A DNA stretch of 35,596 nucleotides from Parcubacteria group bacterium CG2_30_36_38 (GTDB lineage: Bacteria > Patescibacteriota > Patescibacteriia > UBA2591 > CG2-30-36-38): contig MNZE01000036.1 in assembly GCA_001873465.1 (NCBI GenBank), positions 1-35,596 on the forward strand, written 5' to 3'. Positions within the stretch are counted from its first letter, which is position 1; the number at the start of each line of letters is the position of its first letter. The notes beneath the pieces are model-generated. The model was given only the letters and a program-made list of their open reading frames with translations, did not search any database and was not told the origin of the DNA. Made by a program: the position numbers and the translations under genes. Shown in pieces: positions 8,746 to 17,438 of this stretch.

Positions 8746-11700
8746 ATGAAAACTTTAATAAAAAACTTTTTACTTTTCCTGATCATTTTTTTAATTATTT
8801 CTGGACTATTTAGTCTCTTTATCTCTCCCTCAGCCCAGGTTGAAGAAATAGCCTTGGGCCAATTTATCTCTTTAGTTAACAATGAACAAGTAAAAAAGAT
8901 AGTTGTTGAAGGAAACAAAATTAATTTATCCCTTATTGATGGACAAAAAAATTTTGTTTTTAAGGAGGAATCTGAAACTCTGGGAGATATCTTCAAAAAC
9001 TACGAGGTCCCTAAAGAAAAAATAGAAAAAATAACAGTTAAAGTCAAACTGCCTTCAAGCGGTTTTTGGCTTAATGTGCTCCCCTTTTTAATCGGCGCCA
9101 TTCTCATGATTGGCTTTTTTATTTTTTTAAATAGACAATTACAAAAAAGCGGGGCTGAGGTAATGAGATTTGGTGAAAGCGGAGTGAGAGAAGTTCAGCC
9201 AGATGAACAAAAAAATAGATTAACCTTTCGCGATGTCGCTGGGGTACGTGAAGCAAAAGAAGAGCTTAAAGAAATCGTTGATTTTCTTAAAAAACCCGAA
9301 AAATTTATTAAACTTGGGGCAAAAATCCCTAAAGGAGTGTTGCTCATTGGCATGCCGGGCACAGGAAAAACACTCCTGGCTAAAGCAGTAGCCGGCGAGG
9401 CAAATGTGCCTTTTTTCCATATCTCCGGCTCAGAATTTGTCGAGCTTTTTGTCGGGATTGGCGCTTCTCGCGTGAGAGACGCTTTTAAAAAAGCGAAAAA
9501 AAGCGTTCCGGCTATTTTATTTATTGACGAGCTTGACGCTATTGGTCGTTTACGCGGCGCTGGACTCGGCGGGTCTCATGATGAAAGGGAGCAAACTTTA
9601 AATCAAATTTTAGTTGAGTTAGACGGATTTGAACCAAATATCGGCTTGGTAGTGATGTCCGCCAGTGTTGCCTCAAACACTCCGGTATTGGTTAAACAAA
9701 ACGGATCGTACAATCTCTCGCCTATTTCTGAAATTATTGATCCTTACTACGAAAACAATGAAGAAGGAATCGAAAAAAAAGTTAAAGGGCTTGAAATACT
9801 TGGATTCGAAAATAATCCTGGGAAAAAATTTGCTAATCACGATTTGCGCTTTCAAAATAGCGCTTTTAAAAAAGTAAATAGTGTTTATCGTCACAAAGTA
9901 AACGAAATCTATGAAATAGAATATTGGGGAGGAAAAATAAAAACTACCGGAAATCATTCTCTTTTTGTCCGTACCCGAGGAAAAATAGAAAAAAAATTAG
10001 TTTCAGAAATGAAACCGGGCGATATTTTGGTTAATCTGCCCTTAAAAACAAACAGAACGAATAAAAAATTTAGACAAATTAGAGCTCATAAATTTAATGA
10101 GAATCTCAACCTTGATCTGCCTGTGTGGCAACCTTTATTTAGAAACTTCCAAAACGTTGAAAACGCTTATCAATATGCTTTAATCCACACTAATAATATT
10201 TCTCAATCTCAACTGGGTAGAATGTTTGGAATTTCTCAAAGAACGATTGGCAAGTGGCAACAGGGAATATGCGAACCGCGAGAACTATCCAGAAATTATT
10301 ATCAACATCAATACTTGCTACCTGAAAAGGTCAGAGTAACTCCGGAGCTAATGCGTCTTTTTGGATATTATGTAGCTGAAGGATATGCTCGGAAAGAAGT
10401 CGATTTTTGTTTGAATATTAAAGAAAAAGAGTTTATTAAAGATATTAAATTCTTAATGGAAAAAATATTTAATCTCGTCCCCAGTCGTAAAAGATATATC
10501 ACCTCTAATGCTATTAATATTATCTATTATTCAAAACCATTGGCTGAATTTTTTAGCTATCATTGCGGCAAGGGAGCGCATCATAAACATATTCCAAGTT
10601 TTTTATTTGAAGCTCCAAAAGAATATTTTATTGAATTTTTGAAAGGGTACGCAGCAGGAGATGGCCATGAAGATCAGAAAAAAAGATTAGAATTAACCTC
10701 GGTGAGTAAACAGCTAATTTTAGAATTAAATTGGTTGTCTGCTATGCACGGATTTAAAAGTTATATTAGTCATTTTCAGGCGAAGGAAGGAAGAAAAATT
10801 AAAGATGGCAAACCTTTATCTGAAACTAAGGCTTACCGTTTAGGATTTGGAAAAAGTCAGAATCCCTTAAAGACTTCTGATGAAATGAGAATAAAAGGCA
10901 ATGTCTGTCGAGTAATTATTAAAAAAATTAAGAAAGTTCCCTACCATGGCTATGTTTATGATTTCTGCGGTTGTGAGAATGAAGCATTTTTTGCTGGTGA
11001 AAATCCAATTTTAGCCCATAACACGAATCGCCCAGATGTTTTGGATCCTGCCTTATTGAGACCCGGTCGATTTGACAGAAAAGTAATTCTTGATATGCCT
11101 GACGTGAAAGATAGAGAAGAAATTTTAAAAATTCACGCCAAGAACAAGCCGTTAGCTACTGATATAAAATTTGAAGAAGTCGCCCAAAGAACCCCCGGTT
11201 TCTCTGGTGCCGACTTAGCCAACCTGATGAATGAAGCCGCTATTTTAGCCGCTAGAAGAAACAAAAATGCAATTAGCCAACCGGAGCTGCTGGAAAGTAT
11301 TGAAAAAGTAATTTTAGGTCCTGAGAGAAAAAGTTATATTTTGGGAGAGCAGGAAAAGAAAATTGTTGCCTTTCATGAAACTGGTCATGCAGTTGTGACT
11401 TATGGTCTACCTTCTTGTGGGCCGGTCAGAAAAATTTCCATCATTGCTAGAGGCAGAGCAGCGGGTTATACCATTAAAACCCCCAAGGAAACTAAATACC
11501 TTTATTCAAAAACAGAGCTCCAAGATAACCTCTCTTCTTTACTGGGCGGTTATGCGGCAGAAAAAATTTTCTTTAATGAAGTCACCACCGGCGCGGCCGA
11601 GGATCTGAAAGAAGTAACTAAAATTGCCAGGAAGGCAGTAACTAAATATGGGATGAATGAATCATTGGGTCCCAGAACGTTTGGTAAGGAAGAAGAGCTA

Positions 11701-11925
11701 ATCTTTTTAGGCAAAGAATTTACTGAGGAAAAGGACTATTCAGAAAAAACAGCGCAGATAATTGATAAAGAAGTAGCCAAAATTATTGATTTCTGCTATA
11801 ATAAAGCCTGTGAAATTATCAAAAAAAATAAGAAAAGGGTTGAAGAAGTGGCTGATTACTTAATAAAAAAAGAAACGATAGAAAAAGAGGATTTTGAAAA
11901 ATTAATGAAACAATCACATGCTTAA
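8746..11925 (+). CDS. ftsH: ATP-dependent zinc metalloprotease FtsH precursor, interrupted in-frame by an intein (1059 aa; about 606 aa after splicing)
   Basis: Two N-terminal TM helices; Walker A GMPGTGKT; Walker B ILFIDELD; [19 protein letters not shown]; zinc site HETGHA. The 453-aa insert lies between VVMSA and TNRPD. Confidence 0.95.
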   Translation: MKTLIKNFLLFLIIFLIISGLFSLFISPSAQVEEIALGQFISLVNNEQVKKIVVEGNKINLSLIDGQKNFVFKEESETLGDIFKNYEVPKEKIEKITVKVKLPSSGFWLNVLPFLIGAILMIGFFIFLNRQLQKSGAEVMRFGESGVREVQPDEQKNRLTFRDVAGVREAKEELKEIVDFLKKPEKFIKLGAKIPKGVLLIGMPGTGKTLLAKAVAGEANVPFFHISGSEFVELFVGIGASRVRDAFKKAKKSVPAILFIDELDAIGRLRGAGLGGSHDEREQTLNQILVELDGFEPNIGLVVMSASVASNTPVLVKQNGSYNLSPISEIIDPYYENNEEGIEKKVKGLEILGFENNPGKKFANHDLRFQNSAFKKVNSVYRHKVNEIYEIEYWGGKIKTTGNHSLFVRTRGKIEKKLVSEMKPGDILVNLPLKTNRTNKKFRQIRAHKFNENLNLDLPVWQPLFRNFQNVENAYQYALIHTNNISQSQLGRMFGISQRTIGKWQQGICEPRELSRNYYQHQYLLPEKVRVTPELMRLFGYYVAEGYARKEVDFCLNIKEKEFIKDIKFLMEKIFNLVPSRKRYITSNAINIIYYSKPLAEFFSYHCGKGAHHKHIPSFLFEAPKEYFIEFLKGYAAGDGHEDQKKRLELTSVSKQLILELNWLSAMHGFKSYISHFQAKEGRKIKDGKPLSETKAYRLGFGKSQNPLKTSDEMRIKGNVCRVIIKKIKKVPYHGYVYDFCGCENEAFFAGENPILAHNTNRPDVLDPALLRPGRFDRKVILDMPDVKDREEILKIHAKNKPLATDIKFEEVAQRTPGFSGADLANLMNEAAILAARRNKNAISQPELLESIEKVILGPERKSYILGEQEKKIVAFHETGHAVVTYGLPSCGPVRKISIIARGRAAGYTIKTPKETKYLYSKTELQDNLSSLLGGYAAEKIFFNEVTTGAAEDLKEVTKIARKAVTKYGMNESLGPRTFGKEEELIFLGKEFTEEKDYSEKTAQIIDKEVAKIIDFCYNKACEIIKKNKKRVEEVADYLIKKETIEKEDFEKLMKQSHA
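9664..11022 (+). mobile_element. FtsH intein with LAGLIDADG homing-endonuclease domain (453 aa, Ser1 ... His-Asn / Thr+1)
   Basis: Block A is [10 protein letters not shown] and block B is [10 protein letters not shown]. The LAGLIDADG motifs are [11 protein letters not shown] (about nt 10351-10390) and [11 protein letters not shown] (about nt 10633-10670). Block F is [15 protein letters not shown] and block G is NPILAHN, followed by T. The boundaries are codon-aligned with the ftsH frame. Confidence 0.9.
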
Positions 11926-12829
11926 AAGAATTTATAAAGAGGCTTTTAATTTAGCATGGAAAAATCCCTTTCTTTGGCTTTTTGGCTTTTTAGCCGCTTT
12001 TTTAGCCAATAATGAAATAATCGTTCTCTTTCTTAATTCTTCTAAAATACTGCAAATAGGCGGGCTGCCTATAAACCTTTCTTATTTAAGGGGAAATTAT
12101 TTATTAATTTTTAAGTCTTTACAAAAGTTCATTTTTTTAACCCCGACAAATTTACTCATCTTTCTTTTTGTTATTTTTATTAGTTTATTTGTCTTTTATT
12201 TGTCATCTCTTTCTCAAGGGATTTTAATTAAAAATACAGCTACCAAGAATAAGTTGTTAAAAAACAGTTTAAAAGGAGTGGATAAGTACTCTTTGAAAAT
12301 TTTCTTTTTAAATTTATTAGTCTTAGTCTTTGATTCTTTTCTTATTTATCTCTTTATCTTTAAATTCAACCTCAACGCAAATCCTGCCCTTGCTTTTACC
12401 CTGGTTTTCTTTATACTTTTAATTATCCTTGTTCTTTCTTTTATCGCCCGCTATTCCATCTGTTTCATTTGTTTAGAAGAGAAACCTCTTTTTTCTTCTT
12501 TAAAAGAAGCGACAAAGTTTTTCTTTAAAAACTGGTTGATTTCTGTCGTTAACTCTTTTATTATTTTTCTATTTAACATTCTTTTAGGGCTGCTTCTCTT
12601 TCTTATAGGCCTGAATTCTTATTATTCTTTCTCCATTACAGCCCAATTTTTAGGTTATTTTAACCTTACTAAGACTATTTGGTTTTTAATGTTCTTTAAT
12701 TTAACCTTAATAATTTTTGTTTTTGTTTTTTTTCTTTCTATTTTTTCTGCTTGGCAATATTCTGCCTGGGGGCTGCTTTATCAAAGTATAAAAAGTGGAA
12801 AAAAAGAAGAAAAAAAATCTAATATTTGA
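11918..12829 (+). CDS. Hypothetical polytopic membrane protein
   Basis: 303 aa with 6 or more long hydrophobic segments. It overlaps the ftsH stop by 8 nt (translational coupling). Confidence 0.6.
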   Translation: MLKRIYKEAFNLAWKNPFLWLFGFLAAFLANNEIIVLFLNSSKILQIGGLPINLSYLRGNYLLIFKSLQKFIFLTPTNLLIFLFVIFISLFVFYLSSLSQGILIKNTATKNKLLKNSLKGVDKYSLKIFFLNLLVLVFDSFLIYLFIFKFNLNANPALAFTLVFFILLIILVLSFIARYSICFICLEEKPLFSSLKEATKFFFKNWLISVVNSFIIFLFNILLGLLLFLIGLNSYYSFSITAQFLGYFNLTKTIWFLMFFNLTLIIFVFVFFLSIFSAWQYSAWGLLYQSIKSGKKEEKKSNI

Positions 12830-12915
12830 TTTTAAAAATCTTAATTTTTAATTTTTCTCCACTTTTACACCCCCTTATTAATATCATCAAGTTTATATAT
12901 ATAAATATATAATAT

Positions 12916-14031
12916 ATGAAACTAATCTGTTTACAAGAAAAGCTTTTTCCTATTTTATCTGCCGTTTCGAGGATAGCTTCTTTAAATAAATCTGGCCTGC
13001 CTATTTTAAATAATATTTTATTATCCACAGAGAATAGCTATTTAAAGCTTGTAGCGACCAATCTAGAAATAGCCATTGAAGGAAAATTAAGAGCAAAAAT
13101 AGAAAAAGAAGGAAATATTACCATTCCTTCTCAAATTTTTAATAATTATATTAGTTCTTTGCCCAAAGAAAATATTAATTTAGAAGTAAAAGATAATGAA
13201 CTTTTAATTAAAACGAAGAGCCAAAAAGCAAAAATAAAAGCGATTTCTTCTGAAGAATTTCCAATTATCCCTCAACCAATAAAAAAAGAAAAAATTGTTT
13301 TAAAATCAGACGATTTTAAAAAAGCGCTCAAACAAACTTTATTTGCCATAGGAGAGAAAGAAGCAAGGGTTGAAATTAGCGGCGCCTTGTTCTCTCTGGC
13401 GGGAAAAAACTTAACCATTGTCGGCACAGACAGCTATCGTCTAATAGAAAAAACGATTAAAGTTAAAGAAAACGACTATCAGGGGAAAGAATTAATCATT
13501 CCTAAAAAGACGCTTGAAGAAGTTTTAAGAATTATTAAAGACGAAGACAAGGAAGATATTTTTATTTACCCCTCTGAAAATCAAATCCTTTTTTCTTATC
13601 AAGACTTTAGCCTTGTTTCGCAAATTATAAGCAGCGATTTTCCTAATTATAAAGAAATTATCCCCAAAAATTTTAAAACAAAAATTATTTTTAGAAAAGA
13701 GAGTCTTTTGCAAATAATTAAAACAGCCAGTCTTTTTGCTAGATCGGGGATTAATGATTTAAAAATTAAATTTTTACCAAAAGAAGAAAAAATAATCATT
13801 TCTTCTTTAAACAACCAGGTTGGCGAGAATGAAGCGGAGCTAAAAGTAGAAATTTCTGGCAATAACAACGATGTCTCTTTTAATTATCAATATTTGTTAG
13901 ATGGATTATTAAACCTAGGAGGAGATGAATTGTCCCTTGAAATTATTGATAGTAATTTGCCGGGAGTGATAAGATCAACTTCTGACGATTCTTTCTTATA
14001 TTTAATTATGCCTATTAAATCAAATGAATAA
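12916..14031 (+). CDS. dnaN: DNA polymerase III beta sliding clamp
   Basis: 371 aa. The N-terminus (MKLICLQEKLFPILSAVSRIAS...LPILNNILL) and the three-domain length match DnaN, as do ATNLEIAIE, GTDSYRL and the C-terminal LIMPIK. Confidence 0.9.
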   Translation: MKLICLQEKLFPILSAVSRIASLNKSGLPILNNILLSTENSYLKLVATNLEIAIEGKLRAKIEKEGNITIPSQIFNNYISSLPKENINLEVKDNELLIKTKSQKAKIKAISSEEFPIIPQPIKKEKIVLKSDDFKKALKQTLFAIGEKEARVEISGALFSLAGKNLTIVGTDSYRLIEKTIKVKENDYQGKELIIPKKTLEEVLRIIKDEDKEDIFIYPSENQILFSYQDFSLVSQIISSDFPNYKEIIPKNFKTKIIFRKESLLQIIKTASLFARSGINDLKIKFLPKEEKIIISSLNNQVGENEAELKVEISGNNNDVSFNYQYLLDGLLNLGGDELSLEIIDSNLPGVIRSTSDDSFLYLIMPIKSNE

Positions 14032-14139
14032 GCCTTTCGCGCTAAAAACTTTGGCACAAGGTAGTTTCCTGTTCCAAGACCTTCGGCGAGGGCGGGTAAA
14101 GGTCGAAAAAATAATTTTAATTAAATCATCTGAATCCAT

Positions 14140-14421
14140 ATGAATAAAAAAGAACTAGTGGAAAAATTAGCCGATGAGCTGAAAGAAGAAATAAAGACCA
14201 AAGCAGAAGCAGGCAGAATAGTTGATAAACTTCTTGAAATCGTTATTAATAATCTTAAAAAAGGAGAAAAAGTAAATATCGCTGGTTTTTGCGTTCTTCA
14301 GGTTAAACTGAGAAAGGCAAGAATGGGGATCAACCCAAAGACCCAAGAAAAAATTCAAATCCCTGCCAAGAAAGCGGTCAAATTTAGAGCTTTGAAAGAA
14401 TTGAAACAAGCAGTTCTCTAA
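14140..14421 (+). CDS. hup: HU family DNA-binding protein
   Basis: 93 aa: MNKKELVEKLA...GEKVNIAGF...RKARMGINPKTQEKIQIPAKKAVKFRALKELK (HU/IHF arm motif R.gRNP.T.e.i.ip). Confidence 0.9.
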   Translation: MNKKELVEKLADELKEEIKTKAEAGRIVDKLLEIVINNLKKGEKVNIAGFCVLQVKLRKARMGINPKTQEKIQIPAKKAVKFRALKELKQAVL

Positions 14422-14440
14422 ATTTAAAAAATAAAACTTA

Positions 14441-14535
14441 AAAACACCCTAAACTGTTTTTTCTTGCTCGGCCTCCATAATAGTATAATCTTAAAAGGCC
14501 GATAGAGATAAAGACAGCAATTTTTAGGGTGTTTT
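14441..14535. terminator. Nested long-range inverted repeat between convergent hup and the tRNA genes (possible bidirectional terminator or small structured RNA)
   Basis: A perfect 13-bp outer stem (AAAACACCCTAAA, 14441-14453, pairs with TTTAGGGTGTTTT, 14523-14535) encloses a 6-bp inner stem (TCGGCC / GGCCGA). T-runs follow on both strands. Confidence 0.4.
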
Positions 14536-14563
14536 TGTTTTAAGAAATTTTTAATTTTGATAG

Positions 14564-14634
14564 TACCCCCACTAGGAATCGAACCTAGGTCAGTCGCTTA
14601 AGAGGCGACTGCTTTACCATTAAGCTATGGGGGC
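14564..14634 (-). tRNA. tRNA-Lys (anticodon CTT)
   Basis: Hand-folded cloverleaf. The acceptor is GCCCCCA/TGGGGGT with discriminator A. The anticodon arm is GTCGC-CTCTTAA-GCGAC. The T arm is CTAGG-TTCGATT-CCTAG. No CCA is encoded. Confidence 0.88.
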
Positions 14635-14637
14635 GAA

Positions 14638-14710
14638 TGCCTCCGGCAGGAGTCGAACCTACAGTCTCCACGTCCGAAGCGTGGCGTCATATCCGTTAGA
14701 CTACGGAGGC
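14638..14710 (-). tRNA. tRNA-Arg (anticodon TCG)
   Basis: Hand-folded cloverleaf. The acceptor is GCCTCCG/CGGAGGC with discriminator A. The anticodon arm is CCACG-CTTCGGA-CGTGG. The T arm is GTAGG-TTCGACT-CCTGC. It lies 3 nt from tRNA-Lys and no CCA is encoded. Confidence 0.88.
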
Positions 14711-14723
14711 AGGAAAGTAAATA

Positions 14724-14762
14724 AAGTCAAAAGTTAAAAAGGGGATTAGAGACTTTTGACTT
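14724..14762 (-). terminator. Hairpin downstream of pilT
   Basis: An 11-bp perfect stem (AAGTCAAAAGT / ACTTTTGACTT) with a 17-nt loop. The downstream U-tract is weak. Confidence 0.35.
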
Positions 14763-14781
14763 TAGATTGAGTAAAAATTAA

Positions 14782-15807
14782 TTAGACTAAACCATTAATA
14801 ACGCTCTCTTCGCTAATAGCCCCTTGCTTGGCTAGCCGTTTGAGATCTTGAGATGTGGTGAACATTCCATAACGAGACCCGGTTTGAATGGCCGAAAGAA
14901 TCTGTTGGACCTGATTTTCCCTAATCAAATTAGAAATGGCCGTGTTGTTGATTAAAACCTCACGCGTTGCTACTCGGCCGCCACCCATTCTCGGGATTAA
15001 ACGCTGACAAAGAATCGCTTTAAGGGCAAGAGAGAGCTGTAGCCTGATCTGTGATTGTTGATTTGAGGGAAAGACGTCAATAATTCTAGAAACAGTTTGT
15101 GAAGCAGAAGGCGTATGTAAAGTGGCGAAGATTAAGTGTCCAGTTTCCGCCAAGGTTACGGCCAAAGAGATTGTTTCTAGGTCTCTCATTTCTCCGACCA
15201 TAATTACGTTTGGATCTTGCCTGACCACATGTTTCAAGGCTTGCTCGAAGGAAATCATATCCTGCCCTAATTCTCTTTGAGCAACAATACTTTTTTTTGA
15301 AGAAAAAACAAATTCAATTGGGTCTTCTAAGGTGACGATATGGCAATTTCTGTTATTATTTATATGTTCAACCATCGCGGCCAAAGTTGTTGATTTTCCG
15401 CAACCAGCCGGTCCTGTAACGATAATTAAGCCGTGAGAAAGCTTGCATAATTCATAAGCAACCGGCGGCATATCAATTTCTTCCATCGTTGGAATATGGG
15501 GCCAGATGATTCTGGCCGCGAGCGCTAAATTATTTTTTTCCCAAAAAATATTAACCCTTAAACGAGTGTTTTCTTGAGGAATGACAAAGGATAGGTCCAG
15601 TTCTTTGTTCTCAAGAAAATTTTTTTTCTGGATTTCATTAAGACTTTTTTCCAAAAAGCCCTGAAGGTCTTTTTGTAAAACAAGAGGAAATCCTTCTATT
15701 TTTTGGAGCAGACCGTCAACTCTTAAAATAGGAGGGAGACCAACAACTAAATGAACATCAGAAGCATTGCGTTTCACGGCTAAAGAAAAAATTTCTTCAA
15801 TGTTCAT
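14782..15807 (-). CDS. pilT: Type IV pilus retraction ATPase PilT
   Basis: 341 aa. ASDVHL, Walker A GPAGCGKST, TLEDPIEF, VGEMRD and the His box ATLHT are present, and the size matches PilT rather than PilB. Confidence 0.88.
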   Translation of the reverse strand: MNIEEIFSLAVKRNASDVHLVVGLPPILRVDGLLQKIEGFPLVLQKDLQGFLEKSLNEIQKKNFLENKELDLSFVIPQENTRLRVNIFWEKNNLALAARIIWPHIPTMEEIDMPPVAYELCKLSHGLIIVTGPAGCGKSTTLAAMVEHINNNRNCHIVTLEDPIEFVFSSKKSIVAQRELGQDMISFEQALKHVVRQDPNVIMVGEMRDLETISLAVTLAETGHLIFATLHTPSASQTVSRIIDVFPSNQQSQIRLQLSLALKAILCQRLIPRMGGGRVATREVLINNTAISNLIRENQVQQILSAIQTGSRYGMFTTSQDLKRLAKQGAISEESVINGLV

Positions 15808-15833
15808 AGATAGTTTTAATTATTAAAAATAAA

Positions 15834-16403
15834 TTAGTTTAAGATCCTTTCAACATATTCTCCGGTTTCAGTGTTAACGCGAACAATATCATTTTCTTCT
15901 ACAAAGATAGGGACAGAAAGCGACAAGCCCGTTTCTAGGGTGGCTATTTTAGATGGTTTGTTAACTGAGTTTCCCTTCAGGGCCGGTGGGGCAGAAACGA
16001 CTTTTAAATCAACTTTTTTAGGGAGTTCGACGCTAATTGGTTGATCTTCAAAATATAAAACAACGATTTCTAGCTCGTCTTTAAGAAAATTTGTTTTTTC
16101 TCCTAATAAATTTTGAGGAACCGTAAATTGTTCAAAATTTTTTGGATTGAGGAAATAAAATTCATTTCCGCTTTTATACAAAAAACTTGCTTTTTCTTTT
16201 TTAATATCAGCCTCTCTAATCTCATCGCCACTGTTAAAAGTTTTTTCCAAGACTTGGCCAGTGATTAAATTGCGGAGCTTTGTTTTAACCGTTGCTTTCC
16301 TTTGCGCTGTTCGGCCATGAGAAAAATTTAAGACCTGGAGAGGTTTGTCGCCAATCTTGATAATCAGGCCAATTTTTTTCAAGTCATTGATATCCATACC
16401 CAA
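15834..16403 (-). CDS. efp: Elongation factor P
   Basis: 189 aa. KLRNLITGQVLEKTF, FLYKSGNEFYFLN and KIATLETGLSLSVPIFVEENDIVRVNTETGEYVERI are EF-P signatures. The ORF-track start is a non-ATG codon, and an ATG two codons in (MDINDL) is equally possible. Confidence 0.88.
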   Translation of the reverse strand: MGMDINDLKKIGLIIKIGDKPLQVLNFSHGRTAQRKATVKTKLRNLITGQVLEKTFNSGDEIREADIKKEKASFLYKSGNEFYFLNPKNFEQFTVPQNLLGEKTNFLKDELEIVVLYFEDQPISVELPKKVDLKVVSAPPALKGNSVNKPSKIATLETGLSLSVPIFVEENDIVRVNTETGEYVERILN

Positions 16404-16434
16404 AATTTAGAAGAAAAGGATTGAACAAGGCCCT

Positions 16435-16638
16435 TTAGATAGTTGTGTAGGGTAAAAGGGACATAAATCTGGCTCTTTCAATCGCTTTATTTAATTTTCT
16501 TTGATGCTTAGCACAAGCCCCTGTTTTTTTACCTGACAAAATATCGCCATTTTCACTCATAAAATGGGCTAAAACTTCGATATCTTTATAATCAACTTCT
16601 TTTATGCCATTAGCACAAAAATAACAAGTTTTTGCCAT
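16435..16638 (-). CDS. rpsR: 30S ribosomal protein S18
   Basis: 67 aa: CYFC...VDYKD...L..FMSENGDILSGKKTG.CAKHQRKLNKAIERARFMSLLPY. Confidence 0.92.
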   Translation of the reverse strand: MAKTCYFCANGIKEVDYKDIEVLAHFMSENGDILSGKKTGACAKHQRKLNKAIERARFMSLLPYTTI

Positions 16639-16672
16639 ATATTAGAAATTAGAAATTTGTTATGATCATTAT

Positions 16673-17125
16673 TTAAAATGGTATTTCTTCCGGACTGATT
16701 TCTTCATTCCCTTCTTCAAGAGGAATTTCTTCTATTTCTTCTGTAGACGGCTTTTGGGCAGGCTCTTCTTGGGCTTCTCTCTGTTCGGGTCTTAAGCCCT
16801 TTGGCCCAAGCTGTATTCTTTCGGCAATAATATCTGTTTTGCTTCTTTTATTTCCTGACTGATCTGTCCAAGTTCTTGTTTGCAAACGGCCTTCAATATA
16901 AACTAGATTTCCTTTTTTGAGAAATTTTTGAGCTATTTCCGCGAGTTTTCTCCAACAAGTAACATTATGATATTCAACCATTTGTTTTTTTTCGCCAGTT
17001 TGTTTATCGGTCCAATATCGATTAGTGGCCATCCCGAAAGAGGCAACGCTCTGATTATTTGGCGTTGTTCTTATCTCAGGGTCCCTCGTGAGATTACCAA
17101 GGATTATCACCTTATTGACATTCAT
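16673..17125 (-). CDS. ssb: Single-stranded DNA-binding protein
   Basis: 150 aa. MNVNKVIILGNLTRDPEIR is the start of the OB fold. The acidic tail ends in EEIPF. It sits in the conserved rpsF-ssb-rpsR context. Confidence 0.92.
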   Translation of the reverse strand: MNVNKVIILGNLTRDPEIRTTPNNQSVASFGMATNRYWTDKQTGEKKQMVEYHNVTCWRKLAEIAQKFLKKGNLVYIEGRLQTRTWTDQSGNKRSKTDIIAERIQLGPKGLRPEQREAQEEPAQKPSTEEIEEIPLEEGNEEISPEEIPF

Positions 17126-17156
17126 AAGTTTTAAGATTAAAATTATTTTATTAAAA

Positions 17157-17432
17157 CTATTTCTTTATAATCAGAGATCTCAAAACCTCGGGCACTTGTA
17201 AGAGCTTTTCATTAAGCAGTTTTAATTTTAAAGGATCAACCTCAAGATTAAAAAGCAAATAAAAGCCCTTGGTAGCATGCTTGATTTTATAGGCAAATTT
17301 TCTTTCTCCTAAAATTTTTTCTCCCAAGACTTTTCCTCCCTGTTTTTCGACCAGGTCTTTAATTTTTATCGAGACAGGAGAAAGATCTTTTTCGGTGAAA
17401 GGCGCAGGAATAATAGTAAGTAGTTCGTACAT
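17157..17432 (-). CDS. rpsF: 30S ribosomal protein S6
   Basis: 91 aa: MYELLTII...GERKFAYKIKHATKGFYLLFN. It is the first gene of the rpsF-ssb-rpsR operon. Confidence 0.88.
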   Translation of the reverse strand: MYELLTIIPAPFTEKDLSPVSIKIKDLVEKQGGKVLGEKILGERKFAYKIKHATKGFYLLFNLEVDPLKLKLLNEKLLQVPEVLRSLIIKK

Positions 17433-17438
17433 AAATAA

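Noticed and set aside
8730-8748. Possible alternative genetic code (UGA reassigned, as in some candidate phyla).
   Set aside because: Genes such as rpsA end at TGA at the expected protein length, and the next gene starts in a different frame. All conserved proteins have normal lengths under the standard code.
9665-9957. ORFs 9665-9877 (+) and 9673-9957 (-) inside the FtsH intein.
   Set aside because: They are out-of-frame or antisense ORFs with low-complexity, Lys/Phe/Ile-rich translations, as expected by chance in AT-rich DNA. They are fully contained in a well-supported CDS.
9664-11022. The extra 1.36 kb in ftsH could be an IS element, a gene fusion or an assembly chimera.
   Set aside because: The reading frame is continuous and there is no transposase and no terminal inverted repeats. 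The insert begins and ends exactly with intein splice-junction residues, and removing it rejoins a conserved FtsH motif (SA|TNRPD).
12830-12915. The AT-rich spacer upstream of dnaN as oriC.
   Set aside because: I found only degenerate DnaA-box-like sequences (2 or more mismatches) in the spacer, and no dnaA is adjacent. The AT-rich run is also explained by a promoter region. I kept it only as a low-interest note.
16371-16440. An apparent 1-nt frame discrepancy near the efp start and the rpsR stop when I counted bases by hand.
   Set aside because: The computed ORF track gives full-length, in-frame EF-P and S18 proteins. I attribute the discrepancy to my own miscounting of homopolymer runs, not to a frameshift.
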